Shown piece after piece: positions 59,901 to 64,000 of a DNA stretch of 64,000 nt. The position numbers and the translations under genes are program-made. The stretch covers positions 7,278,963 to 7,342,962 of the forward strand of contig OZ316893.1 of the NCBI GenBank assembly GCA_973895155.1, in the 5' to 3' direction. The notes beneath the pieces were generated by a model. It did no database searches and was not told where the DNA came from. It worked only from the letters and a program-made list of their open reading frames with translations. How positions within the stretch are numbered: position 1 is the first letter of the stretch; each line of letters opens with the position of its first letter. This stretch comes from Marsupella aquatica. Lineage: Eukaryota > Plantae > Marchantiophyta.

Positions 59901-60596
59901 GGCTTGGGAGACGTGAATCGCACGGTTGGCTGGGATTGCAAAACTGTGGATGGAAGTCGAAGCAAACACTCAATTCAAAGTGTAAGTCATGTGAATCCGA
60001 CCCTTCTTCGAGTGAGAGAGTTCTCATGCTTCTGTGATTACTGTGTGGATGGAGGAGATGGGCCCTGCACTAATGCAACCCATGTGAAGAAGTATGACCT
60101 AGTTACATTGGAGCCGTGCATCTCAATTGAGCGTAGTGATGAATCTGATGGTTTTGAAGATGATTATGAGCAACGAATATCTACTGATGGAGAGATGTTG
60201 GCCTCTACCTTAGCAGAGGGTGATCACTTTGCAGTACTTGCAGAATCAGGTAGCGAGAACGGGGCTCAATTTTGGATATTGTTATGTACTGAACGTGTTC
60301 ACATGGTTGAAGAAGAAAGCAAAGTAGATGTGTATGGGCAGACTGTCACAAGAGGAGAACAAATAGTGGTAGGCAAGTATTATAAGCAGCAAGGTAGCAG
60401 TCCGTATTCTTATGTGCTTTGTAGTGAAGGCGGAGCTTATATTTACTCACATCTAGTTTGGGCTGTAAAATTTCCAATGTTGCAAGCTGCACTGTATAGA
60501 CAACGAGGAAATATTACAGTGTACAAACTTGATAACACAACTCATGCTAGGCTTGATTCAGTCATACAAGAGCATCTTGAAGATGTAGAGGAATAA
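56945..60596 (+). pseudogene. Sola2-like DDD transposase with intron 57848-58647
   Basis: KPWFVK...SCCCKYC, C..GQCRSCG, VIDFAENYSF..QNEIQTMHW, YISDDKKHD, FSDGCSGQFK, GHGKGTWDGAG, SCFCDYC. Phase-0 GT-AG intron; in-frame stops and one frameshift. 5' end uncertain. Confidence 0.75.
58060..58440. repeat. Degenerate short tandem repeats in the Sola2-like intron
   Basis: Recurring GAGTCTTG(T/C)...TTGAATCCTGTGTC blocks at roughly 35-40 bp spacing. Confidence 0.6.
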
Positions 60597-63500
60597 AGAC
60601 GAACAAGTAAGGAGGTCTAGAAGGGCCCCTAATAGGGGGGCGTGGTGCTGGCGGAGCTGTGCGAGCTGAGCTTGAGCTGGGTGAGCTCGTAGGGATGGTG
60701 GTTGCTGGTCACTATGATCGGTTGACATTGTTGTTTCTTTCCGGTTCTGATTAGAATTGAGATTTCTAAAGAGTTGATGAGACATCTGCTTCTGGATTAT
60801 GAGCTTCCGGAAGCTTTTGGAACTTTCGTGACTGAAAAGGGTATGTCGTGGAGAATGTGTTGATGGGCTGTGGCAGCGGAGCACAAGCTTTTGAGAGCTT
60901 GCATGGCAGTTGAGCTGAGGAGGGGTTCGGCCAGAGGTTGGGATGATTCTCAGCTTGAGCTTAGAGGGCATGAATAGGAGCAATAGGCTTTACTCTGTCT
61001 TTGTTGAGATGTTACTTACTCTGGTTCAGCGCAGTGTTTGAGGGTGCGCCGGGTGAAGCTTGGATTGATGACCAAGTTATCAGCATTGGCTTTACGTGCT
61101 TGATTTGGGATACTGGTTGGGAAGTTTTCAAGGGAGGGCGGAGCAGCGAGAAGGTGAAACTGGGGAGAGGCAGTTGGCCGGGAAAGTAAAGGACCTTTGG
61201 ACGTTGGGTGGTGCCGACATTATTGATGAAATGGAGATTCGAGCGGAGCTATGAAGAGTTGTGAGAGCTCTAAGAGCTACTAGTGCTCTGGTTGGGGAGC
61301 TTTGGAGATTGTTGGGAGAAAATGGTGTACTCATTTTTGGTATGGATTGATTGAGCTGATTTGAGGTGCAATTGGAACCTGGATAAGGGAGCTATTGGAA
61401 GCTTCCGATCTTTTTCTACAACTTCTGAATTGCAATTGGGAAGGTTTGAGGGATCCATGAATGATGGAGTGGGAAAGAATTGGCACCTTGTTCACTTTTC
61501 TAAGTGCTATTTTTACACTATTTAGTGTCTTATGATCAAGAGGGAGGAGCATTTGGTAGTTCGCATCAGAGCTAGTTCTTGTTAAGATTTAACCTGCTAG
61601 CTTGCAAAAGGCTTAGAAGCATTTTGACCTGGAATTAGAGAGGGATGGACGGCTATGGTTCGCAGGCAACTTTTGCTCTATGTTTAGCAGCTGAAGTTTA
61701 CTACAATTTGACTATGGAAGAGACTGGACGAGTGCGACAGTGTTTGAGGAGCCTGGGAGCTTGCAAAGGGGAGTCTATAAGGCAATGGCTTATTGAAGTT
61801 TAAGGGCGAAAGAACATCTGAGCCTTGTCACTCAAGTTTGCTTTAAGTTGTTGTTCCAGCCATGTTGGTAATGGCGCTGACGGGAGTAAGGAGATTGCGG
61901 CTAGAAGATGGTCCACTAGTGCTGATCATTTGTTGGAAGGGGGCAGACTGGCAAGGTGCTTGCAATGTTGCATATGAAGACACTCGTCAAAAGATGGCGT
62001 TGGTTGCTGCCGGAGTGAAGAGCTAATTTTGACTTGGGCCATTGAGAAGAAAGCAATGTTGATTGTATTGGTTTTGACAACACGGTAGACAGAGGAATTG
62101 GGTTGAAATTGAAATCTTTGTTGTGAATGAGAGAAGTTGAGGGTTTGAGCTGGATTTTCACATTGAGACGGCGTCGCTAATGATGCTGAGTATGGATTAT
62201 TAGGGAAATTGGCTTTTGTTGCCTTAGCTGTTATTGCCTCAGTTGTTGTGCAATGACGGCTAATGGCCTGAATGAGGGCTTAAAGTACCTCGTTAGTATG
62301 GATAAGAGGATTCGGCCTTCACGGCGGTCTCGGCTCTACTTTGATACTTGGTGGGGAACGGGTAGATGACTGCGCGGCGCTAAGCGAAGGGCGGAGATGT
62401 GGGATCTTGAAACTTGGGCGCGATGGCTCGTTGGTCATGGATGAGAGATGGGATGAGGAGCTTGACAAGCCCTATGCTGCTATTGGTTATTGCCCGGGCT
62501 TTAGGGTAGAACAGATTTATTTTTCTCTGAAAACAGTTTTTGAGTGAAATGGTTTCCGTGCTCTGAAGGAGGGGATACAGCCCTACGCTGACTTGCTGCT
62601 GAGTTCTATTGATGCGTGGAGAACCTGAATTGGTTGTAGGAATTTCAAAGTGGATAGAATTAGGACTTATACTTGACCCCGAGTGACATTGTATTCTGGC
62701 CTGAGCGCAAATGTCACTAGGCTGCCTGCTTATGCTTCTTAGGTTGCTTTTACTTTCCGGACTTCCATGTCAGCTTTCGGGAATGACTTTACTTTGAATG
62801 AATGTGTATGCCCGGTTATGATATAATGACATTCTCTCTTTCTCCTTTCTGAAGTCACAAATGCAAGTACGCTTCAAGGATAGGTGACTTTTTTGGGGGG
62901 GCGAGACTCCCAACATTGTTTGGGGGAATCCTCATTATCCAAAGACTGATCCGGTCCGAACTCAAAGTTGGAAAGCATTTTGTTGGCTAAGATTTAGTTT
63001 TTAGGGTGTAGCTCGTGCAATTGAGTAGTATGTGCAGCTGAATGAGCGTGCTTGTGATCTTGCAATGTTAGTATAGACACTTAGGTTTAATTTGTTCTCT
63101 GTTTTTTATAACTGAACTAAGACATCGAACTTGCATACAAAAATTCTTGCAAATACAGTCATACACGCTCGAGTTTAATTTACTCCCCGTGGATCGATAC
63201 TTGCATGTATGGAATGATTCCACCCCCTCGATCACTTGTCACCCTATCTAGACAAAGCAGAAGGCCACACTCCTGATTAGGCCCTGCTTGGATCGGGCCT
63301 TAAGCATTGTATTACTTTAAAACTAATAGTGCAAAAAATAAAAATTGTGGAAGAACGTGTATAGTCGCTCAATCTCTATACACTTTAGTCATTCAGTTCA
63401 TTCTCAAAACAGAGCCATTCTCTCCAGAAAATAAGTTGAATTTTTGGGTGTCTTTTCTTCTTTATTTGATATGTGTTTAGTGCCTTTTTGGACTAACTTT

Positions 63501-64000
63501 CAGACACATCAAGTACTTTGCGTCAAGTGCTTCACAGCAAGTGCTTATTTTTTAACAAGTGGTGTGTATGCAGCTGATGTTGGTCGTGAAGCCAAATAGG
63601 ATTGTATGCTTGACCATTGTTGGCTGATGTCCAGGTGAGTGACCCTGTCATCAGATTGCAATGTAGTGCTAGAGACACTTAAAGTTCAATTTACGCCTAG
63701 TCTTTGTAACGAATGAACTGAGATGGCCTTACCTTAGGTCTTGTTCCTCAATCAAGCCAGAAACACAACAAAAAAGGACATGGCAGTATTACCAAAAGCC
63801 ATGGGTTTGGACACCATTCCAGGCAACAAGGTAAAGTTCTGCGCACAATCAACTAATAGGACTTGATCCACAAATTTTATTGCAAATATAGAAATTGCTT
63901 CCCTTGCCATCAAATGTCTGGAAAGCAATTGTGCAAACGCGCAGGTAATACAATGCTTTAAAAAACACTCAGCTATTTACCTACTTAGTTGAAAGGAATC

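Noticed and set aside
60600-64000. G/T-biased tract resembling an LTR, with weak direct repeats near 63030 and 63570
   Set aside because: No termini, TSD, PBS/PPT or coding motif could be fixed, so no feature was called.

Overview
Eukaryotic, transposon-saturated DNA with no recognisable intact host gene. It is most likely a non-seed land plant; this is inferred from the plant-type Copia, a LINE remnant, Sola-type transposases and GT-AG introns. No database search was run, so domain names come from motif recognition by eye. (1) Nested TG...CA units of 4-4.8 kb with their own 5-bp target-site duplications (TSDs) behave as solo LTRs (families A, B, C, D). Each carries inside the LTR one long gene of a shared protein family; one A copy has an intact 880-aa ORF. 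(2) A decayed Ty1/copia element (8044-24002) is interrupted by a TIR element with a 71-bp array, a collapsed family-A element and a MULE-type MITE. (3) A Sola1-like transposase pseudogene lies head-to-head with a spliced gene that appears to join ParB-like, beta-class DNA amino-methyltransferase-like and FCP1-like phosphatase domains. (4) There are also two 8-bp-TSD MITEs, a 2.2-kb ORF-less solo LTR, a truncated LINE and a Sola2-like transposase pseudogene. The best candidates for new biology are the LTR-resident gene system, with a covarying hairpin motif near the LTR right end, and the ParB-MTase-phosphatase gene with palindromes in its introns.
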